NCBI GenBank assembly: GCA_039804205.1
Contig: JBDRZY010000003.1
Location: 23,857-87,856, forward strand
Direction of reading: 5' to 3'
From: a candidate division WOR-3 bacterium
Lineage (GTDB): Bacteria; Hydrothermota; 32-111
Length of the DNA: 64,000 nt
Shown here piece by piece: positions 49,702 through 60,098 of this stretch (position 1 is the stretch's first letter; every line of letters starts with the position of its first letter). The translations under genes were made by a program, and so were the position numbers. Under the pieces are notes generated by a model. The model saw only the letters and a program-made list of their open reading frames with translations. It made no database searches and was not told the DNA's origin.

Positions 49702-50713
49702 ATTGTTTTACCATCCCGATCTGTTTATATAAATTGTTAGAGGAAAATTTATTTTCATTTTTAATGGTTAATAGTTTTTCAACAGCAAATGTTAAATTTT
49801 CTTTTGATAATTTTTTTTCTCGAATTACCACAAATCGGTTTGGATCAAGATTAATTTTTTTAATGTTGATTATCTGTTCTTTGTTCGATGCATTTTCAAA
49901 AGGTATGAAGATCGCTTTTTTATTTAATGCTTTTATTTCAGCAACAGAAATTGCTCCACTTCTTGAAATGACTATATCTGATAAAGAATAAAGATAACCC
50001 ATGTTTTCATAGAAGGGGAGTACTGTAATATTTTTATATTCTTTAAACTCCCCATAATGATTTCCCGCAATGAGAATTATATTGTATTTTTCATTTAAAG
50101 GATAAAGGAAATCCAAAATTTTTTTTGCGACATTTTTAGCACCCTGACTTCCACCAAATATAAGGATCGTTTTTTTATCTGTATCGATAGCAAAATTGCT
50201 ATCTTTTGAAAATTTAAAGATGTTCTCTCTCAATATATGGCCTATATGAACTATTTTTCTGTTGTTTACATATCTGAAAGGCGCAGGGAATCCAGTGAAA
50301 ATTTTATAAGAGAAAGATGAAAATATTCTGTTAGTTTTTCCAATTACAGCATCCTGTTCAAGAATTATAAGTTTTTTCCCGAGTAATAATGTTGCAAGAC
50401 CCACTGAAAAAGAAATATAGTTTCCGGTTATTATAACTGTTCTTGGATTTATTGATGATAGAGTTCTTATTGAATTGAAGAGCAAAGAAGGGAATTTTAA
50501 AATGTAAAAAAATGGTCTAAAAGATTTTATATCAAGAACAATTGGATTGAGATCAAAAGTTTTATATATTTTTCTCTCTATATCTCTGTTTCCACAGATA
50601 TAAAAAACATCATAACCTACCAAGTTTTTTCCTAAAGTTATGGCAGGTATTATATGACCTCCAGTGCCACCAGCACAGATGACTATTTTTCGATTTTGTT
50701 TTTTAAAACTCAT
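49694..50713 (-). CDS. murG: undecaprenyldiphospho-muramoylpentapeptide beta-N-acetylglucosaminyltransferase
   Basis: ORF track, 339 aa. GGTGGHIIPAI and the C-terminal GT28 domain. Confidence 0.85.
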   Translation of the reverse strand: MSFKKQNRKIVICAGGTGGHIIPAITLGKNLVGYDVFYICGNRDIERKIYKTFDLNPIVLDIKSFRPFFYILKFPSLLFNSIRTLSSINPRTVIITGNYISFSVGLATLLLGKKLIILEQDAVIGKTNRIFSSFSYKIFTGFPAPFRYVNNRKIVHIGHILRENIFKFSKDSNFAIDTDKKTILIFGGSQGAKNVAKKILDFLYPLNEKYNIILIAGNHYGEFKEYKNITVLPFYENMGYLYSLSDIVISRSGAISVAEIKALNKKAIFIPFENASNKEQIINIKKINLDPNRFVVIREKKLSKENLTFAVEKLLTIKNENKFSSNNLYKQIGMVKQYV

Positions 50714-51770
50714 TATACCTCTCTATGTTGACAAGTAAACCGAGCAGGATGAGATTTATCAACATCGATGTTCCACCGTACGAGATAAAGGGAAGTGTAA
50801 CCCCTGTTGATGGAAACATCTGAAGTGATATCGCAATGTGAAACATAGCTTTTATAAAGATTGTAAAAGATATGGAAAAAGCGAGGATGTAAAAAAATCT
50901 GTTTATATACATATTCTTTTTCGAAATTTCCTTACCAAGTTTAAAAAGGAAAATGTATATCAGTATGATGAAGATACTTCCCAGAAAACCTGTTTCCTCT
51001 GCTATTGTTGTAAAGATATAATCACTCTGTATCTCCGGTATGAAAAGAAGTTTCATCTGTCCAGATCCTATCCCTTTTCCAAAAAGTCCACCGTTTGCTA
51101 TCGCAAGAACCGAATCGGATATCTGTGAATTGTCTGGAACTTTGTTCAAAAACATCTTTATTCTTAAAAGAGCGTGTGGATATTTTAAAATTATTATTGG
51201 AGAAACTAAGATCGTAAACAAAATTATAGACAGGGTGTATCCAGCGGGAATTTCACTGTATATCATTATAACGATCAGGATTATCATCAGAGTCAAAGCA
51301 TACGATATGTTCGGTTCTATAGCTATTAGACCAATTACTATGAAAGAAAAGAAAATCGGGATAACTATATCTTTTTGATTCTTTATACTTGAAAATTTTT
51401 TTGAAACGTATAAAAGCAGGGCGAGTTCAGCGAATTCTGATGGTTGAAATGAAAAAGAAGAAAATCTTAACCATCTTCTTGCACCATTTATTGGTGTTGT
51501 AAAAAGAACCACTATAAGAAGTATAATCGATATGATCAAAATATAAAAAAACACTTTCTCGTTAATCTTTCTTATATCAATATTACTTATGGCTATTGCA
51601 ACGAAGAGCCCTACGATTACCCAGCATATCTGTCTTGTTAAAAAATAGTATGGATTGTTTTTAAAGGATTTGTTCTGGTAACTTAAAAATGTTGTAGCGG
51701 AAGTCAAAATAACAAGTCCACATATTAAAAGTAGTAAAACTATAAAATAAATTTTATGGATGTCTCTCAT
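50703..51770 (-). CDS. ftsW: peptidoglycan glycosyltransferase FtsW (SEDS family)
   Basis: ORF track, 355 aa with ~10 TM helices. Canonical dcw position between murD and murG. Confidence 0.8.
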   Translation of the reverse strand: MRDIHKIYFIVLLLLICGLVILTSATTFLSYQNKSFKNNPYYFLTRQICWVIVGLFVAIAISNIDIRKINEKVFFYILIISIILLIVVLFTTPINGARRWLRFSSFSFQPSEFAELALLLYVSKKFSSIKNQKDIVIPIFFSFIVIGLIAIEPNISYALTLMIILIVIMIYSEIPAGYTLSIILFTILVSPIIILKYPHALLRIKMFLNKVPDNSQISDSVLAIANGGLFGKGIGSGQMKLLFIPEIQSDYIFTTIAEETGFLGSIFIILIYIFLFKLGKEISKKNMYINRFFYILAFSISFTIFIKAMFHIAISLQMFPSTGVTLPFISYGGTSMLINLILLGLLVNIERYNEF

Positions 51771-53106
51771 ATTTTTTTACTATTTCTTTAAATTTGTTAC
51801 CTCTATCAATAAAATCTTTAAACATATCAAACGAACTGAACCCCGGAGAAAAGTTTACAATTTCTCCGTCTTCGATTTCAAGAGATTTTTTTACAGCATC
51901 ATCCAGTGAATCCGCGGAATAAAATTTACTGTAACCATTTTTAAGAAGCTTTTCTATAATAATATCTTTTACTTCTCCTATAACCACAACAAAAACAGCA
52001 TGCTTTTTTATAGTATCCATTATCGTTTCTACATTGAAATTTTTATTTCTTCCGCCGAGTATTATGATCTGTTTTTTTCCCAGTGATTCTACAGATTTAA
52101 TGAACGCTTCAGGATTCGTGCACATTGAATTGTTGTAGATTTTTTTGTTATTTATCTGTCCAACAAATTCAAGCCTGTGTTCGATACCTTTTAATTGTGA
52201 AAAGTCATCAGGAGTGATTTTCATTTCTTTATCAGATATCAGGAATGTTGAAAGAATAGCAAAAATTAAATTTTGTCTGTTATGTATCCCGATGAGATTG
52301 AATTTTTTAATATCGAATATCAGTTCTCTTTTGTCGATCCTTAGAATCACGCTTTCATCATTTAAAAAACCTCCATTTTCAATTTCTTCCTTAACTGAAA
52401 CAAAGAAAGTATTTTGATCTTTCTGAGTTCTCAAAAATTCGTTATCATAATTTAAGATTTTATAACCATCTTTTTTTACACTCTTCAAAAGTTTTAATTT
52501 TGTGTTGAGATAATCTTGAAATGAAGAGTATCTATCAAGGTGATCATCGGATATTGATGTTATGATTCCTATGTTCGGTGAAAATTTTGAAATGTTTTCA
52601 AGTTGGAATGATGATATTTCAACAACTATGATGGCATCTTTTGAAGGGTTTTCGATTACGATTTCACTTAAAGATTTCCCTGGACTTATGTTTCCTCCAA
52701 GATAGGCTTTTTTGCCGTTCAACTTTAAAAGCTGGTATGTTAAAAATGCTGTCGTTGATTTACCGTTTGTTCCCGTAATTGCAATAACTTTATTTTTTAA
52801 AAATCTTGCTGCTATCTCGATTTCAGAAAAGATTGGAATTTTTTGGTTTCTTGCTTTTTTTATTATTTCAATATTGTTATCAACTCCTGGACTTATTACA
52901 ATAATATCACTTGAAAGAAGTTTTTCTGAATGTCCTATCTCATACTCCAGATTGTAATCTGCAATTATTTTTAACTGGTCCTTGTTCATATTTTTGTTTT
53001 CACTAACAAAAATATTCGCACCCTTTGCTTTTAAAATTTTTGCAACATTTTGCCCACTTCTTCCAAATCCAACGATTCCTATTTTTTTATTCTCAAACTC
53101 GTTCAT
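51754..53106 (-). CDS. murD: UDP-N-acetylmuramoylalanine--D-glutamate ligase
   Basis: ORF track, 450 aa. N-terminal Rossmann segment IGIVGFGRSG and the P-loop ITGTNGKSTT. Confidence 0.9.
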   Translation of the reverse strand: MNEFENKKIGIVGFGRSGQNVAKILKAKGANIFVSENKNMNKDQLKIIADYNLEYEIGHSEKLLSSDIIVISPGVDNNIEIIKKARNQKIPIFSEIEIAARFLKNKVIAITGTNGKSTTAFLTYQLLKLNGKKAYLGGNISPGKSLSEIVIENPSKDAIIVVEISSFQLENISKFSPNIGIITSISDDHLDRYSSFQDYLNTKLKLLKSVKKDGYKILNYDNEFLRTQKDQNTFFVSVKEEIENGGFLNDESVILRIDKRELIFDIKKFNLIGIHNRQNLIFAILSTFLISDKEMKITPDDFSQLKGIEHRLEFVGQINNKKIYNNSMCTNPEAFIKSVESLGKKQIIILGGRNKNFNVETIMDTIKKHAVFVVVIGEVKDIIIEKLLKNGYSKFYSADSLDDAVKKSLEIEDGEIVNFSPGFSSFDMFKDFIDRGNKFKEIVKKYERHP

Positions 53107-53107
53107 A

Positions 53108-54181
53108 TCATCTCACTTTCAAAGTACTCAAAGCTATTATCACAAGAAGGATAGTTATAATCCAGAATCTTATAACTATTTTTGGTTCTGGTATTCCAGA
53201 GAGTTCAAAATGGTGATGCAATGGAGCCATTTTGAAGAATCTCTTTCCTTTCGTTATTTTGAAATAGTATATCTGTATCAATGAGGATAACGCTTCAACA
53301 GCGAACAACCCACCACCTATGAGTAAAAGTATTTCCTGTTTTGATATTATCGCAATAGTTGCAAGAAGTCCTCCAAGTGTGATGGAACCCGTATCTCCCA
53401 TAAAAATTTCTGCTGGATAAGAGTTAAACCAGAGAAATCCAAGGGATGCAGATGCACAGGTTAGAACGAACACGGAGAGTTCCCCGATGTTTTTGATATA
53501 AAGAATGTTGAGATAGTTACTGAACACTTTGTTTCCCATGATATAGGTTACTATCGCAAACAATGTGAAAACGATAGCAAGCATTCCAGAGGCAAGGCCA
53601 TCAAGTCCATCCGTTAAATTTACTGCGTTTGTTGTTCCAAGAAGAACTATTATGATGAATGGAAGATACATTAAAGAGAGATTGAAAAGAATATTTTTTA
53701 TAAAAAGAATATTTGTTTGATATTTAAAATTATAGTAATCGGGATTTTTTGCGATGAATACAAAAATTAAAATTGAGATGATAAACTGAAAGATAAGTTT
53801 GTATTTTGGTATCAATCCCTTTTTGTTTTTAAACTTTAAAATATCATCCGTAAACCCGAGAATGAAAAATAAAAAAGTTATCATCAGAATAAATTTGATA
53901 TAAATGTTTGAAAGATCAGCCCACAGAATAGTGCCCAGCAGAATAGAGAGAATGATTATTATCCCGCCCATCGTTGGAGTTCCTTCTTTTTTATAATGTT
54001 GTTTTGGTCCATCCTCTCTTATCTTTTCGGTAACTGAAAATCTTTTCAAAAGATTAACAAGTTTTCTTCCCAAGATGAATATGAAAAAAAGAGATGTTAT
54101 AGAAGACATGGCAGCCCTGAATGTTATATATTTGAACAGAGCCACATCATTAAAGATGGAGGATAAAATAGTTGTTATCAT
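53108..54181 (-). CDS. mraY: phospho-N-acetylmuramoyl-pentapeptide transferase
   Basis: ORF track, 357 aa. Polytopic, with NAVNLTDGLDGLA and the MraY motifs. Confidence 0.9.
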   Translation of the reverse strand: MITTILSSIFNDVALFKYITFRAAMSSITSLFFIFILGRKLVNLLKRFSVTEKIREDGPKQHYKKEGTPTMGGIIIILSILLGTILWADLSNIYIKFILMITFLFFILGFTDDILKFKNKKGLIPKYKLIFQFIISILIFVFIAKNPDYYNFKYQTNILFIKNILFNLSLMYLPFIIIVLLGTTNAVNLTDGLDGLASGMLAIVFTLFAIVTYIMGNKVFSNYLNILYIKNIGELSVFVLTCASASLGFLWFNSYPAEIFMGDTGSITLGGLLATIAIISKQEILLLIGGGLFAVEALSSLIQIYYFKITKGKRFFKMAPLHHHFELSGIPEPKIVIRFWIITILLVIIALSTLKVR

Positions 54182-55512
54182 GTTAAATATTCCTTTAACT
54201 TTTTTACTATTTCAAACATTTCGAAATGGTGAGAACCTTTAACGAGTATTGAATCACCTTCCCGAATAAAACCTTTTAAAAAATCTATAATTTTCTCCTT
54301 TTCCTCAAAATGGTATTTTTCTCCGATGAAAATTGAGTCAATGAATTTGGAATGGTTTCCCAATGTTATTAATACATCGATTTTATTTTCATTTAATATC
54401 TCTCCAATTTTTTTGTGTAACCTTTCAGATTCTTTTCCGAGTTCAAGCATGTCAGAGAGAACAGCAATTTTTCTTGAATTAAATTTTGAGAGCACCTCGA
54501 TCCCATTTTTCATCGATGCTGGATTTGCATTGTATGAATCATCAATTATCGTGATTTTATCTATTGAAATGATGTTCATTCTGTTTTCAGATGGATAGAA
54601 ACCTTCAAGACCTTTTTCAATGTCGATCTCAATAACATTTTCAAAAAACTTTTTTAAAGTGTAAACGATAAGAAAAGAATATATACCACCGATTCCCGGA
54701 ATGTTAATTTTAAATTCCCTTCCATCTATAAATATTTTTGAATATGTTCGCTCGATTTCAAATTTTTCTGGAAAAACATTATTTTCATTTTTTATACCAA
54801 AGGTTATGAACTTTAAATTTTTTGGAAGTTTATTTAAAATGTAAGAGTTATCACCATTTATCACGATAGGATAATTTCCCTTGAAATTTTTTAAAATTTC
54901 GAATTTAGATTCGATAAGATGATCGAAAGATTCAAAATTGCCTATATGTGATTCATTTATATTTGTAATTATTACTATATCAGGGCCAACAGTATCACTC
55001 AGTAAAGAGAGTTCTCCTTTGTTATTCATCCCCATCTCAAGGATTAAATATCTTGTTTTTTCCCCAACCCGGAATATATTTAAAGGAACTCCGATAAGAT
55101 TGTTTGTATTGCCTTTTGTTGCGATCTTATTATCGTTATTTATAACTGAAAAGATCATATCTTTGGTTGTTGTTTTTCCATTTGAACCTGTTATTCCTAT
55201 TTTTAGGGGCTGGAATTTTTTTAAATATTCTTTTGCCAAATCGTTTAGTGCCAGTATGGTATCTTTTACTTTGATATACGGTAAACCGGTCAGATCTTTT
55301 TCACTTAATGTTAGAATCGCACCTTTGTTGAAACTATCCTGTATGAAATCGTGACCATCAAACTTTTCTCCCTTTATTGGCACGAATAGACAGTTTTTTG
55401 TAATATTTCTACTGTCCGTTGAAACATCTTCAACAGAGATAGTAAAATCTTTTATGTTAACAGGTTTTCCTTTTGTGGCATTTTTGATAAATTCAAAGTT
55501 AATTTTTTCCAT
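54178..55512 (-). CDS. murF: UDP-MurNAc-tripeptide--D-alanyl-D-alanine ligase
   Basis: ORF track, 444 aa. P-loop GITGSNGKTTTKDM. Sits between murE and mraY. Confidence 0.85.
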   Translation of the reverse strand: MEKINFEFIKNATKGKPVNIKDFTISVEDVSTDSRNITKNCLFVPIKGEKFDGHDFIQDSFNKGAILTLSEKDLTGLPYIKVKDTILALNDLAKEYLKKFQPLKIGITGSNGKTTTKDMIFSVINNDNKIATKGNTNNLIGVPLNIFRVGEKTRYLILEMGMNNKGELSLLSDTVGPDIVIITNINESHIGNFESFDHLIESKFEILKNFKGNYPIVINGDNSYILNKLPKNLKFITFGIKNENNVFPEKFEIERTYSKIFIDGREFKINIPGIGGIYSFLIVYTLKKFFENVIEIDIEKGLEGFYPSENRMNIISIDKITIIDDSYNANPASMKNGIEVLSKFNSRKIAVLSDMLELGKESERLHKKIGEILNENKIDVLITLGNHSKFIDSIFIGEKYHFEEKEKIIDFLKGFIREGDSILVKGSHHFEMFEIVKKLKEYLT

Positions 55513-55517
55513 ATTTT

Positions 55518-56969
55518 TTACGATTTCATAAAACCTTTCACAATTTCACTGTCATCGAAATGGTATTTCTTATTCTTAATTATTTGATAATCTTCATGAC
55601 CTTTGCCTGCTATTATGATTGAATCCTTATCACCTGCATGGGAAAAAGCAAGTTTTATAGCATTTTTTCTATTAACTTCAACTATATAATTTTTTTCAAT
55701 TATCCCTTCAATGATATCATCGATTATTCTGTTGGGATCTTCATTCCTTGGATTATCTGAAGTCAGGATAACTATATCTGAAAGGTGGGAGGCTATTTTA
55801 CCCATTATTGGTCTTTTCTCTTTGTCCCGATCTCCTCCACAACCAAAAACGGTAATGATTTTTCCTGGTGTCAATCTTCTTACGGTTTTTATCAATCTTT
55901 CCAATGAATCTGGAGAATGTGCGTAATCGATTATGATTTTAAAACCCCTTTTATCATAGTATATTTCGTATCTTCCCTTTACAGGATTAGCTTTTTCTAA
56001 ACCTTCTTTTATTTTTTCTACAGGAATTTTAAGAGAGTAGCATGTGAGAAAAGCTGATGCACAATTGTATATATTTGGTTCACCTATAAGTTTTGTTTTT
56101 ATCTGATAGTTTTTATTTTCTTGTTTATCAACGATCATGAAGATTGAACCATCGAGTGAAATCTTTTCGATTTTTATTTGAAACCTTGCATCCTGATTTT
56201 TTATTCCGAAGGTAAAAATATTTTTCGTTTTGGATGATTCCAGAAAAAATTTTGAATTCGGATCATCGAGGTTTATTATACTACTTCCATTTTCTTTTAC
56301 TAAAGAGAACAGGATCAATTTAGAGTTTCTATAATCTTCCATCGTTTTATGAAAATCGAGATGATCCTGAGTAAGATTTGTGAATATAACTGACTCAAAA
56401 GTTATACCATCTATTCTGTTCAATTTGAGTCCATGACTCGAAACTTCCATAACCGCATAATCAACCTCTTCATCAACCATACGTTTGAAAAGTTTTATCA
56501 AGGTTAGCGTGTTTGGTGTGGTGTTTATGGATTCAAATTCTTTATTGTTTATTATTGTTTTTATTGTTCCTATAAGACCAGTTTTGTAATCTATGTCTAA
56601 AATAGATTTGATCAAATATGTTGTGGTTGTTTTTCCGTTTGTTCCCGTTACTCCTATAGTTTTTATTTTGTTGAAAGGATTATCATAAAATTTCTTTGCG
56701 ATTTTTTTTGTATCTTTTTGTATATCTTTTGAAATTATTATTGGGATATCTAAATTTTCTTTTGGTTTTTCTTCGGTCAAAACTGCCAGAGCACCTTGTT
56801 TTATTGCATCTTTTATAAATAGATTCCCATTGTAATTGTTTCCTCTTATCGCAACAAAAAGGGAACCTTTTATCACTTTCCTTGAATCGTCAGTGATATC
56901 ACTTATCTCAACATTTTTTAAGTTCAATGTTTCGATATCAAGATCTTTTAGCAAATCTTTTAGTTCCAT
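55518..56969 (-). CDS. murE: UDP-MurNAc-L-Ala-D-Glu--2,6-diaminopimelate (or L-Lys) ligase
   Basis: ORF track, 483 aa. P-loop GVTGTNGKTTTTYL and the Mur ligase C-terminal domain. Confidence 0.85.
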   Translation of the reverse strand: MELKDLLKDLDIETLNLKNVEISDITDDSRKVIKGSLFVAIRGNNYNGNLFIKDAIKQGALAVLTEEKPKENLDIPIIISKDIQKDTKKIAKKFYDNPFNKIKTIGVTGTNGKTTTTYLIKSILDIDYKTGLIGTIKTIINNKEFESINTTPNTLTLIKLFKRMVDEEVDYAVMEVSSHGLKLNRIDGITFESVIFTNLTQDHLDFHKTMEDYRNSKLILFSLVKENGSSIINLDDPNSKFFLESSKTKNIFTFGIKNQDARFQIKIEKISLDGSIFMIVDKQENKNYQIKTKLIGEPNIYNCASAFLTCYSLKIPVEKIKEGLEKANPVKGRYEIYYDKRGFKIIIDYAHSPDSLERLIKTVRRLTPGKIITVFGCGGDRDKEKRPIMGKIASHLSDIVILTSDNPRNEDPNRIIDDIIEGIIEKNYIVEVNRKNAIKLAFSHAGDKDSIIIAGKGHEDYQIIKNKKYHFDDSEIVKGFMKS

Positions 56970-58683
56970 TTTCGATTATCTCCCTGTCTTTATCCTTTTC
57001 TACAAGGAACCTGTAATCGTCGAGGTTTATTATTCTTTTTAAAACATCTGAAAACATTGGAGCCGTTGTCTCACTTGCCCAATACTGGTTTTTGGGTTCA
57101 TCGAGAAGTGTCAAGATCGTAAATTCGGGGTCATCGACGGGAAAGAAACCAACAAAGGAAGAGATATAGTATCCTTTTTTATAACCTGTGTTTTCAACAT
57201 ATTTTTCTGCAGTTCCAGTTTTCCCCGCAATTTTTATCCCATCCACTTTTGCTTTAGTTCCAGTTCCATTTTCAACTACAGATAACAATAACTCTTTCAG
57301 TTTTAATGCGACATTCTTTTGAAGTATTTTTTCTTTAACATTTTTACACTCTGTCCTGTTATCGATTTCTTTAACTATTTTTGGATTTATATAAATACCA
57401 TCGTTTGCTATGCAATTGTATGCAGCAACAAGTTGTAATGCAGTCACACTGATTCCCTGTCCAAAACAGAGATTAGCAAAATTTATTTCTCTACATTTCT
57501 CTACAGGTGTTATTTGTCCAGATTGTTCTCCTGGAAAACCCGAGTATGTCTTCGAAAGGAATTTAAACCTTTTTATCATACTATAAACTTTTTCTTTCCC
57601 TAATTTTTTGCCAAGGTTAACGAACGCTATATTACTTGAAACAGTAAAAGATTCTTTGAAATTCAATTTTCCAAAATCGTGTGAATCGGTAATCCTTCTC
57701 TTTGAGATTATCAAAGTATCTTCATCTTCCTGTTTTAATATGATAGATGTATCAACTCCTGCTTCTATCGCTGCTGCAGTTACAACAATTTTGAAAACTG
57801 AACCTGGTTCAAACAGGTTTACGGCTCCATAGTTTTGATAGGTGGAAATATCACCCAAACCATGAAGATTCGAATTATATGATGGGTACTCCGCTATCGC
57901 AAAAATTTCACCCGTTTTACTTTCCAAAACTATAACTAAAGCTTTTTTTGCTGAAAATTTTTCACAATATTCTTTTGCAATGTTATAACACGCTTCCTGA
58001 AATCTATAATCGAGTGTTAAAATTATATCTTTTCCTTTTTTCGCTGGTTTATCTTCATTTAAAGGATGTTTATATATTTTTCCATTTGGTTTTTTTTGGT
58101 AAGTTATATAACCACTTCTACCTTTTAAGATCTTGTCATACTTGTATTCAATCCCTTCAAGTCCGGTATCATCCACACCTACAAAACCAACAACATTTGA
58201 GAAAACTTCTGGTTTATTATAATATCGAGTTTTTTCTTCTTTAACTATTATACTTGGATACCTGTTTTTTAATTTTAGAGCTATATTTTCATCAACATTG
58301 AATTTTATAGGAATCCACTCTTTCTTTGAACTCAGTTTTTTTAATGCTGTATAATAATCAACTATACAGTTTTCCGAAAGAATCCTTGCCACATTTTCTT
58401 TATCTTTAACGAGTTTTTTTGATACATAAATATTGTAAGAGTTAATACTGGTTGCAATTACATATCCTTTTCTATCTTTTATGAGTCCTCTTTCAGCTTT
58501 ATCAAAAAATTTTATTGAACTTTTTTTTCTATACAGATCATCAAGAGAATAATGTAGAACTATCTGTTTGTAAAACAGGTTCAAAACCAAAGTAATAACG
58601 AATATGGTTGTAAAAATGCTCAACAAATTTTTAAGAAAAATGTTTACACTTTTTTCTTTTTTATTTTTTAGATAACCATTCAT
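56938..58683 (-). CDS. ftsI: peptidoglycan transpeptidase FtsI / class B PBP
   Basis: ORF track, 581 aa. N-terminal TM anchor. SVFK (SxxK), SSN and KTGT motifs (GSVFKIVV, TVSSNIAFV, AGKTGTAEK). Confidence 0.85.
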   Translation of the reverse strand: MNGYLKNKKEKSVNIFLKNLLSIFTTIFVITLVLNLFYKQIVLHYSLDDLYRKKSSIKFFDKAERGLIKDRKGYVIATSINSYNIYVSKKLVKDKENVARILSENCIVDYYTALKKLSSKKEWIPIKFNVDENIALKLKNRYPSIIVKEEKTRYYNKPEVFSNVVGFVGVDDTGLEGIEYKYDKILKGRSGYITYQKKPNGKIYKHPLNEDKPAKKGKDIILTLDYRFQEACYNIAKEYCEKFSAKKALVIVLESKTGEIFAIAEYPSYNSNLHGLGDISTYQNYGAVNLFEPGSVFKIVVTAAAIEAGVDTSIILKQEDEDTLIISKRRITDSHDFGKLNFKESFTVSSNIAFVNLGKKLGKEKVYSMIKRFKFLSKTYSGFPGEQSGQITPVEKCREINFANLCFGQGISVTALQLVAAYNCIANDGIYINPKIVKEIDNRTECKNVKEKILQKNVALKLKELLLSVVENGTGTKAKVDGIKIAGKTGTAEKYVENTGYKKGYYISSFVGFFPVDDPEFTILTLLDEPKNQYWASETTAPMFSDVLKRIINLDDYRFLVEKDKDREIIENGTKRFAKRS

Positions 58684-58918
58684 AATCTTTTCCTGCAGGA
58701 TACTTCAAATTTAAAGTATCAAAAGCAATCTTCTCCAATCTTGTTATGGATGTTAGGTAATCGATTTTCAACAAAAGTTCGTTTTTTTTCTTTAGATTTT
58801 CTTTCAAATCCCGTCTTAAAATATCGTTTGAATTTGTTAATTTTAGAATATAGAATCTCGTTAAAGGGAAAAGTAGAAGATAGATAAAAGTAATAATTAT
58901 AAAAAAAACTCTTTTCAT
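58661..58918 (-). CDS. ftsL: cell division protein FtsL-like
   Basis: ORF track, 85 aa. Single TM segment then a short coiled-coil. Sits between rsmH and ftsI. Confidence 0.6.
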   Translation of the reverse strand: MKRVFFIIITFIYLLLFPLTRFYILKLTNSNDILRRDLKENLKKKNELLLKIDYLTSITRLEKIAFDTLNLKYPAGKDYEWLSKK

Positions 58919-59754
58919 ACTCTTTCGAAAACTCTCATCTTTGCTGATTTTGCTCTTTTGTTGTTAACGATCTCTTCGAATGTTGGTTTTAACACCTTTT
59001 TGAAAACTGGAATAAAATCTTTTGAGTTTTTAAAAAAATTCTTGACCAGCCTATCCTCGATCGAATGGTAAGTGATGATAACTACTCTCGATTTTGGATT
59101 TGTATATTCTGATAATTTGTTCAAGAGAACTTCAAGTGAGTTCAGTTCATCGTTGACAAAAATTCTAAAAGCCATAAAAACTCGTTTTAAACCTTTTGAA
59201 ACGTCCTTTCCTTTTTTCCCTTTAATTATTGCATCTTTCAGGTCAAAAGTTGTTTTTAACTCATCTTTCTGGATCTTTTTGAAGATTTCCTTTGCAATAT
59301 TTTCAGAGTCGTATTCTTCAGAGTAATCTTTTATAATTGAAGCGATCTGTGATATGCTCATTTTAAAAATCTCTGAGAATCTATTTTTTTCTTCAGGATC
59401 CATTCTCAGATCGAGAGGTGCATTGTATCTATAAGAAAAACCACGGGAAGGTGTATCATATTGATAGGATGAAACACCGAGATCTAAAAGTATTCCATCG
59501 AATTTAAAGTCAAAAGAAATATCTTTAAAGTTCATTTTTAAAATAATAACGTTTTTGTTTTCTTTAAAAATCTTTTTCAAATGTTCTATAGCAAAAGGAT
59601 CTCTGTCAACAAGTATCAACTTCCCTCTTTCTGATAATTTTTCAAGAATCTTTTTTGAGTGTCCCCCAAAACCTGCTGTCAGATCTAAATATGTTCCATC
59701 TTCCCGTATTTTTAAATTTTCTATTACACTTCCCACCATTACGGGTTGATGCAT
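58915..59754 (-). CDS. rsmH: 16S rRNA (cytosine1402-N4)-methyltransferase
   Basis: ORF track, 279 aa. YLDLTAGFGGHS SAM-binding motif. Confidence 0.9.
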   Translation of the reverse strand: MHQPVMVGSVIENLKIREDGTYLDLTAGFGGHSKKILEKLSERGKLILVDRDPFAIEHLKKIFKENKNVIILKMNFKDISFDFKFDGILLDLGVSSYQYDTPSRGFSYRYNAPLDLRMDPEEKNRFSEIFKMSISQIASIIKDYSEEYDSENIAKEIFKKIQKDELKTTFDLKDAIIKGKKGKDVSKGLKRVFMAFRIFVNDELNSLEVLLNKLSEYTNPKSRVVIITYHSIEDRLVKNFFKNSKDFIPVFKKVLKPTFEEIVNNKRAKSAKMRVFERV

Positions 59755-59756
59755 AA

Positions 59757-60098
59757 TCAGATTTTCAATTCAATAAAATTTTTTGCTGAAACGAGATCTT
59801 TTGTTGTGTCGTACACTATATCATAATCAAAGAGCGAAATAATCGTAAGTATATAGGGATCTCTGCATACGATTTTTAATGGTAGACATCTCCTTAAAAA
59901 TAATCTCTTTATCCCTCTTAAAAGTAATCCTATTTTGTAATGTGTATTTTTCAAATTTCTCAAATCTATTATCAGAGGTTTGTTTTGATCCGCCAACATC
60001 TGTAAAGTTTCTCTCAAATTTTTAAGATCGTTTAAATCTATGTTTCCAGTTATTTTTAGGAGAGAATATGATACCTTTTTTTCAAGATAGAGTTTCAT
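59757..60098 (-). CDS. STAS-domain protein (anti-sigma-factor-antagonist-like fold) inserted in dcw cluster
   Basis: ORF track, 113 aa. The pattern LLKITGNIDLNDLKNLRETLQMLADQNKPLIIDLRNL ... LKIVCRDPYILTIISLFDYDIVYDTTKDLVSAKNF matches the SpoIIAA/STAS layout. The usual phosphorylatable DSSG serine is absent (NTHYKIG). Its ATG overlaps the mraZ stop (TAATG) and its stop lies 2 nt before the rsmH ATG. Confidence 0.5.
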   Translation of the reverse strand: MKLYLEKKVSYSLLKITGNIDLNDLKNLRETLQMLADQNKPLIIDLRNLKNTHYKIGLLLRGIKRLFLRRCLPLKIVCRDPYILTIISLFDYDIVYDTTKDLVSAKNFIELKI

